A DNA stretch of 64,000 bases from Octopus sinensis (Eukaryota), in assembly GCF_006345805.1 (NCBI RefSeq), contig NC_043014.1, positions 4,960,001 to 5,024,000 on the forward strand, written 5' to 3'. This document shows, in pieces, positions 13,139 to 25,990 of this stretch; within the stretch, counting starts at the first letter, position 1; every line of letters starts with the position of its first letter. Under the pieces are notes generated by a model. That model was not told the origin of the DNA. It did no database searches and saw only the letters and a list, made by a program, of their open reading frames with translations. The position numbers and the translations under genes are program-made.

Positions 13139-13289
13139 TATATATATTTTTACCGTATATGGTCCTTTTCCATACAGAAATACTACTAGGAGAAATTTAT
13201 TGATTTTATTAAATTAATTATATTTCGCACATTATCTGTATATATGTATATATATATATATATATATATAATATAATATATATATATAT

Positions 13290-13450
13290 ATATTTACAGT
13301 GCCTGTGTGGTAAGACACTTGCTTGTTAACCACAAGGTATTCTGTTCAGTCCCACTGGGTAGAAAATTGGACGAATGCCTACCACTATAACGTCGAGTTG
13401 ACCAGAGCCATGTCAGTAGATTTAGTAGATTGAGACTGAAAGAAGGGTGC

Positions 13451-13502
<52 letters not shown>

Positions 13503-13735
13503 CAGATGTGTATGTATGTATCTATGTATTATGTATGTGTCTGTGATCGTCGCACCACAATCGCTTCTCAACTCATGTCGGTGTGTTTACGTCCCCGTTA
13601 CATAGCGGCTCGGCTAGAGATACCGATTGAATGAGCACTAGGCTTACAAAGAATAATTCCTGAAGTCGATTTGTCCTACAAAATGCAGTGCTCTAGCATG
13701 GCCGCAGTCAAATGACTGAAACGGGTGAAAGACTA
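13290..13735 (+). mobile_element. Decayed bipartite SINE with central microsatellite (right arm only at ~28500-28690, 46690-46880, 61575-61765)
   Basis: Homologous to the intact copy at 21711-22117. Confidence 0.7.
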
Positions 13736-13742
13736 TATTTTA

Positions 13743-13781
<39 letters not shown>

Positions 13782-13892
13782 GCACACACATATATATATG
13801 TATAGAGAGAGACAGAGAGAGAGATACACAGATAGTAACATATACACACGCATATACATGTTTCTGTGTGTATATATATATATATATTTTTA

Positions 13893-13951
<59 letters not shown>

Positions 13952-13962
13952 TTATATATATA

Positions 13963-14042
<80 letters not shown>

Positions 14043-14223
14043 ATATACATATACATACTTAATAAAGTGCGTTCAGTAAAGATTTGCTTTACCACATACC
14101 GAAGTTTAGAAATAGCAGCCAAAATCTTAGCTATTTTTTCTACTTTATAAAATGACTTCTAGTGAAACCAAAATATATATATATATAGAGAGAGATATAT
14201 ATATAATCACGCATATATATGTT

Positions 14224-14266
<43 letters not shown>

Positions 14267-14726
14267 GCACTAATATATTCATATATATGTATATTTGTAT
14301 ATACATATATGTATATTATATATACAAATATATGTATATGTATATATATGTATATACATATATGTATGTTTAGGTGTGTGCGCCTGTGTGTTCTTGTGTG
14401 ATTATGTGTGTGATGTATCGTATGTGTGTGTGTGTGCTCTATAGGAACATATGTACATGGTTCATGCATACATCCGTCCATCCAGCCATACATCCGTAAG
14501 TAGATAACTAAATATATTAATACATACATACGTAGATGCATACATACATACATGCATATATAAATACATAAAGACATAAATATATTAACAAAAAATCCGT
14601 ACGTACATACATCCATATTTTCATACATACATACGTAAATGCATACATGCATACACACATGCACGTTTACGTACCTATATAAATACATAAAGACATACAT
14701 ATATTAACACGAATTCCATGACTTAC

Positions 14727-14870
14727 CGTTTTCGATTTCTCTTCCATTTTTCCTATTCTTGAATCTTGATGAAGAATCACGATCGTCAGAACGAGAAGAA
14801 CCCCAAAAGCTATGAGAGAAGAAATGGAATAACGCTGCGAAATATTCCTGGACAGTTGTGCGAAATCCAT
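14727..14870 (-). CDS. Copy 1 probable first coding exon, signal-anchor/TM segment (MDFAQ...LIAFGVLLVLTIVIL...KSKT)
   Basis: ATG in agaATGG context, GTAAGT donor (phase 0), 17-aa hydrophobic stretch. The only variant among copies is synonymous in this frame. Linkage to the downstream exons is inferred and needs bridging exon(s). Confidence 0.7.
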
Positions 14871-15240
14871 TCTGGTGACAGTTGTCGGTCGTACGTGATA
14901 CTTCGTGTGGCTTCAACAAAAGATCGAGATGCGAGGTTTAAGCTGAAGACCTGTAACTGAATTCCACGTATTTATTGAGCGCACAACAACCCAGCTCTGG
15001 CATAGATCTTATCGTAAATTTATGAACCAATGCGATTGGTGGAACTGTAAAAGTGGGCGTGAACTTGTCTGACAGGTTTAATTATTGGAAAGAGATGGTT
15101 TGATATTGTCACACAATGATTAGCAAAATATTTTGATGAATGAGAGACTCGTGTAAAGTGAAATGATTCCTGTTTCTGGATATATTAAGATATATTTATT
15201 TATTAATGTTGTTATATAATTTTATTTGTTATTCTTGGGA
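14871..15240 (-). promoter_or_regulatory. Putative 5'UTR/core promoter, near-identical in all four units (also ~29329-29700, 47512-47880, 62405-62775)
   Basis: TCAGTT initiator-like motif (14955-14960), CCAAT-gcg-ATTGG inverted CCAAT pair (~15028-15040) and a GATA-like site. Conservation is much higher than in intronic TE relics. Confidence 0.4.
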
Positions 15241-17751
15241 AACTGTTTTAATATTCAGTGTGTGAAGTATTTCGTTCAACAGACGAATACACAGACACAA
15301 AGGCACACACACACACTTACACACTGACACCCCCCCCACACACTCACACACACACACACACACACACTAACACACAGAAACACATACACTCACCCACACA
15401 CACACTCACACACTCACGCACACACTGATACACACACACATACATTGTCATACACACACACACTCACACGTACACACTCTCACACACACACATACAAACA
15501 CAAACACACACACACACACTAACACACACACACTGATACACACATACGCACACACTGACAAACACACACACATTCACGCACACACACACACACACTGACA
15601 CACACACATGCACACACACGCACACACTGACACTCACACACACACCGACATACGCACATACACTGACACACACACTGACACACACACTCTCACACATACA
15701 CACACACACACACTCACACACGGTTTTAATATTCAGAGTGGGAAGTATTTCGTTCAACCCACACAGTAATCGCAAGACTTAATCTAATGAAGTCCGCTGT
15801 TCGGATTGGATTCTTCACAACAAGCGTTAATCTGATTAGAAAAGTTTTATGTGAATATCAAAATCAAAACCTACCAATTCCCACTCACCCATACATACAT
15901 ATATACATACATACACACACACATACATACATACATACATGCACACATACATACATACATACATGCATACATGCATACATACATACAATCTCACATACAT
16001 GCATACATACACACTTACATACACACATATTTACATATATACATACATACACCCATGCATACATACACACATATATACATACACACACAAACACACACAT
16101 ATATATTCATACATACATACACACATACATACATACAAATATACATACATACACACACACATACATACATACATACATACTTTCATACATACATACATGC
16201 GTGCATATATGTATACATACATTTATGTATGTATATACGTATGCATGCATGTATGTATGAATGTAATCATGTATATATCGATAGACACATATACACATAC
16301 CCACATACATACAACCATCCATCCATACATACATACATACATACTTGGTGGCTGCCCCCTCGTTATCGAGTACGGCCATTGCTCGGTGCTTAATCAATGT
16401 TGTTAACTTGCAATGCCTGTGCATGAAAATTTTTTTTAAAGCGAGGAAAGGCTGTGCACTGAGTCATTCCCAGTCACTAAGCAACAGCAGCTATAATCCG
16501 AAAAGAAAAACAAGTCAACATCATCTGTAACCACTGAGCCGCAGGTTTTATATCGGAGTTATCCCAGTTACCTGAGTTACCTTCTCCTAGAAGGATGCCC
16601 TTACAAAGTGTAGGAGTCCTTCACTCCCAATGGTTTAACCGCGCGATCGGGTATTCAGTCCGATTATTTCTATGTCCCCGCGCATGATACAGCCTTAAGA
16701 CATATATTGGATGGCCGTTGACTCTCAAGAGTTCATCCGGTCTTTGACGGTTTTGTTTTTCATCCCGCAGGGTGTGCAATAAGCACCCTCCTCACCAAGC
16801 AAGCTTGGTGGGGTTGCCGGTTTAGTCGCCGACGGCCCGACAATGCAACAGGTTGTACTGGGTTACATGTTACCAGTAGCACTCGAAAGTGACCTGACAT
16901 ACATACATGCATACATACATACATACATACAAACATACATACATACATACATACATACATACATACATACATGCATACATACATACATGCATACATTCAT
17001 GCATGCATACATGCCTACATACATGCATACATACATACATACATACATACATACATACATACATACAAACATACATACATGCATACATACATACATACAT
17101 GCATACATACATACATGCATACATTCATGCATGCATACATGCATACATACATGCATACATACATACATACATACATGCATACATACATACATACATACTT
17201 ACTTACATATATACATACATACATACTTGCATACATACATACATGCATACATACATACATACATACATGCATACATGCATACATACATACATGCATACAT
17301 ACATACATACATACATACATACATACATGCATACATGCATACATACATACATGCATACATACATACATACATACATACATACATACATACATACATACAT
17401 ACACAACATACATACAAAAATATCCTGTTCATGTTGTGGAAATTCCAATGAAAGATACTTGGAACTAAGTTAGAAGCCGTCTCTCTTTCTGTTGGCCAGA
17501 AATATTCTATTAAAACCGAATAATGACATTCATACATATTTTTAGCTAGTCATTATCACTAGCTTTGAATATTTATCTTCTTGTTTTATAAATCATAGCA
17601 AAACATACTGGTACAGTGTCTCCCATTTGAAACTCAATTCGCAAGTGCACCTTCCGTATGGACTGCATATGTACGGCGGAATTCCATAGTTATGATAAAA
17701 TTTTCTTTGATGAAGCATATTAGACCCCTCAGATATAGTTTGACCTAATTT

Positions 17752-17788
<37 letters not shown>

Positions 17789-17798
17789 TTATGTGTGC

Positions 17799-17830
<32 letters not shown>

Positions 17831-19103
17831 TTGTGTGTGTGTAACACTTTCGGTTTGGCCCTTGAAATAAGGTGAATTTGAAATAAGCTACAAAATAAAT
17901 CTTACAGCCATGTCAGATTTCAACAAAGTCCCATAATTCTTCCTATTGTAATGGCGGGTTGCATATGCAGCTGCGCATGCTCTGTACAGCTTAAACACCT
18001 GGCGGTCGTTTTAACTGTCTAATTATGCCGCTGAATCAAAAGATGAATTTGAAGATCTACCAGCGTCCGTATTCTCTGCAATTGTTTACGATTTACAACC
18101 AGGAAAATATTTGTATTCTAGAGAAACGAATGCAGATTTACCCATCAGGCTAATAATAGTGGGATAGTAAACATTAATAATCTTTAATCTTTATTGCAGC
18201 TTGATGCTGTTAACCGAAACCTTCGTTTATCTAACAAATATTCGACACACTCCAACATACTGTCATGAATCCTATTGGATATAACGTGACGGTCACAACA
18301 TCTCAGCCTTCTTACACACAGCATCCGTGCTTGCCCTGACTATATTTGCTCTCTTTACACTCACTTTTATGGGTGTTGTATTCGTTTCGCATGAAATGTA
18401 TTCAGCTTCTAGGATCCATCCTTTCTTCGGTTCTGGTATGTTTACGTAGATGAGTGAAAGAAATCGTCGTATTTGATGATCTCTGTCGCTGAAATGAGGC
18501 AATTTCTCTGGTTGATTTCATTTCTTATTCTTGTATATCAGCGTTTAGTGAATGACGCGTATGTTGTGTGCATCGAGTTTCGTTTTGTATCTTATCTTGA
18601 AGAGAGGTTGGAAATTTGTTATATAGATTTAGGTTGGCAGGACCAATACTCATTTATACTGTCTTTTGAGGGATTGATCGTGTAAATTCCACAGTCTCAG
18701 AAAGCTTAAATTGAACATTTTGTGATATTTCTAAAGTTGACGATAAATAGGTTTTATAAGATATGGGGTAGGAATGGATCGGAAAGCTTTCCTGATTAAT
18801 AACGGAAAATAGAATGGATTGTGTGGAAGTATCTGGTTGTTGTTGACAGAATCAGTTAAGTTCTGTGCTAAGTAATGTAGCGGTTCATGGGTCCTTGTCA
18901 GAATCCGAGCTGTAATTTGAAAACCAAGATGTCTGTGATAGTAGCGTCGAGTATTGTTTGAATATCTTCTGTAAACTAGTACAACAGTTTATTGTAACGA
19001 TAGACATAGTTTGAAGAAAATATTAGGTAACACTATTGAAAGTTTATGTTATTTATTGTAATTCACAGAGATATTTTCATATGGAAACGAATTTAATTTC
19101 TAT

Positions 19104-19603
19104 TCAATATTTACTGCACACAACGCAGGTTAATTCTTGACCATTGACATACGGTGGACATGGCAATGAACCACAAGCAGCCTGAACGAAATATAAAACA
19201 GCTCCATTTTCGTCTCTGTAACCTGCTGGATCAGCTTCTGGTGCATAGTCCACACACACATATTATAGTCTGCCTTTTTCTTCGTGATTACTGGACATCA
19301 AATATCCTGAGTACTCAGCTGTCCAACCAGCGTAACACTCATTCCTGGCTGGTAACATCATAACAACAGCAGGTTGTCGTGTCAAACAGACAGCGCACGG
19401 AACGTTGTGATCATGAAGTGATTTAGCGTTAGCAAAAGAAAAAATAGTATTGGTGTCGTATGACTGTAGTTGATATTCACTGCCATAAATCCAACCCGCA
19501 TTTTCCCCTTTTGCAGTATAATTGGCCCAAATGGGGTCGTTGGGTAGACATAAGAGATTATTTCCGCCACCTGTCTTGTCAAAATTTTGTCCACCAGCCA
19601 CAC
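19104..19603 (-). pseudogene. Copy 2 last exon of NC1-like gene with in-frame TAA at 19263-19265
   Basis: Splice acceptor intact. GAA (E in the other copies) reads TAA; the frame continues YVCVDYAPEADPAG...CSKY* to 19104. Confidence 0.85.
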
Positions 19604-19929
19604 CTAGAATTGGTAAGAATAAATCAAGTAAAAAAGATATTAGGCAAAATTATATATGAAATAACGGAAACATTCATTACAGTTTCACCCTTAAAAGGAG
19701 TCATGTTTAGTCACGTGTGAACGAATTGTGGTGTATATATGTTAGTGCTTATGTGAGTGTAAGCTGTGTGTTGCTGAGTGAGAGTGCGCATGTGTTCGCA
19801 GCTGTGCTTTTCTCTTGTCTTTATATATATTTGTGTGTGTGTGTGTGTGTGTGTGTATGGACGGTTAAGTAATCGTGGTTGTGATGTGTATTGCATGGGG
19901 TAGATGTTCGTGTGTGGATGTCAATAAAC

Positions 19930-20540
19930 GGAGAAAGGAAAGGGATTTTGTAACGCATGTGGTCGTGATTTCCCGAAATGGAAAAGTTGTCGTTCCCGTT
20001 TGAACGGGAAAATTGTTGGTGATGGGAATTGCATGTGGTTTGAGTAGAACAATACGAGAGACGGCGAGATGCAGAGAACTGGTGGGTAAGAGGGGATGAA
20101 ATACTGTTTAGCCGACCATACGGGTGTGGCTGGCTATATCCATCGGTTTGTCTGGGACGAGTCAGCCCTACCACGAGACGGGCCTACCACATACTATAAT
20201 ATTATGATCACACAGATTTTATTTCATGCAAAGCATGAACTGAGGTTGGGTGAATTTTGAAGCTCATTGATGGCGTAGTGCTTAAGAAGAATGGACAGCG
20301 GAGAGGCGACCAATAAAGGATATGTGTAGGGCTTATAGAGAGCAGATTCACAAAGGATATGAGGTTGGTTGGAGAAGATGTGGGAAGAAGTAGCTTTGAA
20401 TTGGATGTGCCGGTGTTACCTTACAAAGATACACTGGAGAATTAATGAGGCGAGGTGTTGCATGAAAAGAGATAGGTTTGAGGGATAGGACGATTTTGGT
20501 GAGGTGGAGAAGAATAGTAGTGCAATATGTACTCACTTGG
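19930..20540 (-). mobile_element. Decayed Penelope-like RT fragment in last intron (also ~5650-5990, 34170-34800, 53900-54490)
   Basis: Degenerate LHL.KIVL..F and (K)PTD.YS..HP...NSI...QF...RR..CS motifs. Confidence 0.5.
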
Positions 20541-21261
20541 GTTCTCTCAGTGGTACTTCATCCCTCCACATTTTGCATAATACATACGACCCTAAGTTAG
20601 CTTTATCCATTAATTACAGTGTGTGGCCTGTCCAGTCCACATTGTACATTCTGCGTTCATTTCATTAACCACAAACATTCATTCATCAATGCTAAGAGAC
20701 CTTGTTCAATGTAGTCTATAACTACAATCAATAGACACTCTAGTTAATGATAGTCAAGTGGCCACATTTAAGCTCTGGTCACTCACGTACAATACCACCA
20801 GCCGTAGCCAGTACACTTGATCACCAGTTAGCAGACTCGGTATTTGATATCTACACTCCATACAATTCAGCCAAGTGTCCTTGATCGCTATACTGGATTC
20901 CAGTGTAGTCCCTATCTATAATTTGACGTAGAGATATCTATATTCTGAGGTTAGACAACATCCTTTTCACCTGGTCCATATTAGACCACATTTGAATTCT
21001 GATTTGACCAAATACCTACAAAGGAGTAAGCAATCTTGTGCAGTCTCTGTAGGGTCTATAGGTAGCATTACAAACGTGATATATCACATGATTTGCTTGA
21101 GTGTGCGTGCGTGCGTGTGCGTTCGTGCGTGTGCGTGCGTGCGTGTGCGTGTGAGAAGCGGGAAGAGAGGGGGCGACACAAAGAGAAAATGAGAGGAATA
21201 AAAAGAGAAGAAGAGAAAGACAAAATGAGAAAGAGTGAACAGAAGTATAGTTTATACTAAC

Positions 21262-21336
21262 CGTCATATACAAGGTTTGAATAAGGAGGACAACTTGTTC
21301 TGCCCCACCGGGTATACAATGATCCGGGACCGGGTT
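21262..21336 (-). CDS. Copy 2 75-nt exon (PGPGSLYTRWGRTSCPPYSNLVYD)
   Basis: Same splice sites and phase as copy 1. Confidence 0.85.
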
Positions 21337-21710
21337 CTGTGAAATTAAAATGAAATAATTTAGTTTAAAAGAAAGAATTCTTGAATCCTATACAAAGGAA
21401 GTTGTTGGCTTGGAAGGAATTGATAGAGAGGAGAGAAATTTAGAATTTAAGAGAAAAAGAATGAGTGAATGAATAAAAATCAGAATGAAAGAAGTAAATG
21501 ATTCGCTAAGAATAAATTTTAAACGAAGAAAATTAGTCGTTTGTCTATTGAGCCTGTTGTTGACGTTGATGTCAACGAATTGAGAGATTAATCTCAGAAT
21601 ATCAGAATGTGTATTTGGCTCCCTTATGAACGGATGTTTGTTTTGTAGTTGAACTTGGATGTGAGTATATATATATATATATATATGTATATATTTACAC
21701 TTTTTTTCAT

Positions 21711-22232
<522 letters not shown>

Positions 22233-22364
22233 TATATACATTTATATATATTTGTGACAATAAAAATGATGAAGTTCTTTTATAGATATGTTGGCAATAT
22301 TATGAATTCTTGGCACCTGATTGGCCATTTACGAATATCAGCTTGGTGTTTGGCGCGAAGAGAG

Positions 22365-23062
22365 TCCGTTTCCTTCCAGAAGACTAGTATGGCCACCCCA
22401 ATTATGTGTGTGGGGCGACTCCACCCAATCAATACTTCTTGCGGTTATCAGCGCAAAAGTGTGCACGGAAGTCTCCTTGTAAGACAAATGACTTTACCCC
22501 AAATATATCCAAAGCTGCAATGACTTTGTTAAGGAAGCATTTGTATTTGCCCTCGCTATTGGGTGCATTTACTTCCAGCAGCTACACCACTCCTTCATTC
22601 TGCTTGAGCTTCAGGAGGTGTCCCTTAATACGCAGTGGGATTCACTTCATAATCCAATCCGAAAGCCAGGGATTGTGAGCATCCCACTTCCGCCTGTGCT
22701 GACATAGTTGGCACAAAACCTGCACGGTAGAGTTTCCAACCTACTTCCAAGTGTACGCCTCCGAAATAATGAAGATTTCTTGAGGAGACACCGATTATAT
22801 ATAACAGGCAGCGTTTTGTATCGTCCGGTTTTGACAGTCTAATTCTCAATTATGAACGGTTGATCCCTTCTGGACCTGCTACGTGGTTTGGAAGACGCAT
22901 ATTTTGTATTCCATCCCAATGCATCTCAGATTGAGTTGGGTGGAGACTGCAATATATTTTCCGAATCGTCTCCTCCACTCAAGATCCGGACGCAACTGCT
23001 TTTATCCCACTCGATGGATGATGCGGTATGGCTATTCCTTCGAGCCCTTAGCGTACTGTACG
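22365..23062 (-). mobile_element. Inverted 5' segment of RTE relic in unit 2
   Basis: Reverse complement matches 35660-36340 (compare ORFs 22406..22678 + and 36031..36297 -). Confidence 0.85.
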
Positions 23063-24570
23063 TATATGCAGCAAAATGCGAATACAAATTGATTCAGCGG
23101 CATAATTAGACAGTTAAAACGACCGCCATGTGTTTAAATACAAATCCTTCCTAAACAAATTCACCTCAGCTTTAGATATATTTGTGGTAAAGTCATTTGT
23201 CCTGCAAGGAGACTTCAGTGCACACCTTGGCACTGGTAACCGCGAGAAGGATTGATTGGAAGGAATGTCGTCAGTGAACTTAATGGAGAGGTCATAGTAG
23301 ACTTCTGTGCAGGACACACACTCTCCTCTCTATGGTATAGATATTATTTGAAGACAGGGATATTTATAAGGGTGTCTGGTATAGAAATACTTGGTGACAG
23401 AGGTTTGTGATAGATTTCGGTCATCTTTCACTCTTTGCTGAACGTTCGGGTAAAAGGAGGGGTGAAGTTGTCAACTCGTCACTACCTAAATGTCTAAAAA
23501 CCTGAAAATTCCTACAGTCTGCCGAACACTGGAAATTGGTAAGTCTAGTGCGACCTACAGAATACAATCGGAAGCCGCAGTGGATGCTGGGATCAGAAAC
23601 GAAAATGTGGAGACTTTTGCATCCAAATTGAGAGTGACCCGCCTGTTTGAAGTTGGACCTCGAAATGGGTTCGTGATTGTATTATTTTTCGGCAGGTTCT
23701 TCTTCGGTTGAACGCTTATTTGAGCTAAATTCACTTAAAAGTGGTAAAACTGCTGGTGAAATGTACGTCCGGCTTGATATTTTAGAAACCTTAAATACAG
23801 ATGTTATTCTCTGAGTGACCCATGTCAGCTAGGTGGATTGGACCTCTGGAAAAATCACCAAGGCAATGGTAATATGGGGAGATAATCACAATTTATTTCA
23901 AACAGAGACCAAAGAGTGTGTTCTAATTATCAAAAAGTCTACACTAGATGTAAGGAAATGATACGTAGGGAAATTGTCGTGCCCAAGATTACTGTCCTGG
24001 ACGCAGTACACCCGACCAGAGATTCGTTCAAAACAGATCTGTAAACCACGAAAAAGCACACGTTCACGTACCCTGGGGCATGTTGCGTATGGTTTACCAG
24101 AAAGGTGAGTTCAATGGGAAAATACTGGTTGCCATAAAGTACTTATATGGATGTTCAAATGTTTGTATTTATGTAAAAGTCGAAAGTTTTCAACGTGAAG
24201 GTTTCACTTAGTTGAAGTGTGCATTGTTAGTGCCCCTTCTCACATTCTTTTTTGTGACCTGGTTGAATATGCGCAGCCATTGAGGTAGAGGTATCCCAAT
24301 TCATCTCTACGTGATCGGTCGACTTTTATTTGTAGACGACATGCTGCTACCTGATTCGTCTGATGGTCACCAACAACGTGCACTGAATTGGTTGGCTGCC
24401 GAGTACCCAAAGGCAGAATTGTCAAATACGCACTGTGTAGGGAAGTGGAACATCATTATTTCGGGTCTCTATTGACGAACGATTGGAAGCACAAGAGTGG
24501 ACAGAATGCTGAATTGTAGATATAAACGCAGTGAAGCGCCAGCTCGGGCATTTGATTCTCAGATGAAGAG
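23062..24570 (+). mobile_element. RTE LINE relic, unit 2
   Basis: Homologous to 7580-9066. Confidence 0.85.
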
Positions 24571-25580
24571 GGCTTGGTAGAATTCTCGACGTATCGTTGC
24601 ATATATACTCATATACACACAATAAATGGCATAGTATATTAAAGTAACATTATATTTAAGAAATTATTGCAAAGTAGAATATATTTTGAAATAAATTCAG
24701 GCAAATGTCTTAGTATATGCTATGGTGGACATATGGATAGTATTGTGGCACTAATTCAAAGTTGGTGAAATAAGAAATCATTAGTTAATGAGTCACGGGT
24801 AAAAGACTTTAGCAATAAAATTAGTTCTTACTTGGTGTGTCATCAGGTTTATCGTCGAGAGATTTCTTTGAGATGAAACGGTTCTGTGAAAAAATAGAAA
24901 TAGCATCATATATATAGAATTTCAGAGTATTTATTATCGTTTAGAACTTAAAACAATGCAATAGATGACAACATATTCGGACAGGTATCATTGACAACAC
25001 TACCATCTCAACCCCTTAGGAATCTTCTAGAAGGCGCTTCAATCCAGTCAAACGATTTTCTGAACGATATCAGACAATACAACTTTGCATTTCAAATGAC
25101 ATCTTTTGGTGAATCTAAGAAGATAGATAAACAGGAATTTACGCCGACGTCAAAGTTCAAGGGCAAGTCTATCCCCTCAATGGTTCCCTGGTACCCGCGA
25201 ATGAACAACGACAGTTCCTCCAAATGTACTCTATGAGTGATGTAGGACAACAAACCTGACATGAGGTGTCAAAATTTCCGATGATGGGTCGGGTTACACA
25301 CAGCGCACACTGCTGCAAAGGAGAGTATATCCACTGACAGCTTTTCGGTGCGTTCAAAAATCACACAAACCCCAGCTCCAATTTAGCATGACAGGTTAGG
25401 GCCTGAAACACTCCAAACGGACGCATAGCATGTTGCTTAGTCGAATTAGCCCAGCATTTACTCTACAAATGTTTTGTTGTCAATGTTGCACTTTCCCATA
25501 TCACCTGTTTCAAAATGACTGGAATATATTATATACCAACTTTGCCATTTTAATCCCCTGCAATGCCGGGTATGTCTGCT

Positions 25581-25642
<62 letters not shown>

Positions 25643-25655
25643 CACACACATATTT

Positions 25656-25698
<43 letters not shown>

Positions 25699-25739
25699 GA
25701 CACACACACATGTATATATATAGTTAAATTTAATCCAAA

Positions 25740-25990
25740 TAAGAAAGCACAAAGAAACACAACAACGCACGGACGTGGAACAAAGATAGTATTATTGGAC
25801 GCTCAGGAAAGAAGGAAAGAAGAAGGGATTAACGTTTCGGGTGGAGCTCTTCGTCGGAAACATACGAGAAGGAAAGATCCTGAGAAGGGAAGACAGAGGA
25901 AAAAAGATCGCCAACTGTACACACGCGGCCACATTTTGAATGACCGTAAGGAAATGGGTGAAGAAAAGTTCTTTCAAAGACAGGAGAGTG
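25740..25990 (-). mobile_element. Penelope-type terminal repeat fragment with decayed hammerhead core (also 10320-10520, 43560-43760, 59680-59930)
   Basis: Minus strand reads ccgacgaagagctccacccgaaacgtt; the core is deleted in units 1 and 3b. Confidence 0.5.

Noticed and set aside
13647-13714. 68-nt SINE-derived pseudo-exon (tttcag|TCATTTGAC…|gtaagc) as bridging exon
   Set aside because: It is 67 nt in copy 2 and the donor is lost (gaaagc) in intact copy 4; these sites are generic to the SINE family.
14704-14919. Alternative frame of the first exon (…FKNRKNGREIEN), which would end in phase 1 and solve the phase gap
   Set aside because: No ATG (TTG start, upstream stop). The one variant among copies is non-synonymous in this frame and synonymous in the MDFAQ frame. 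Not fully excluded if an upstream exon exists.
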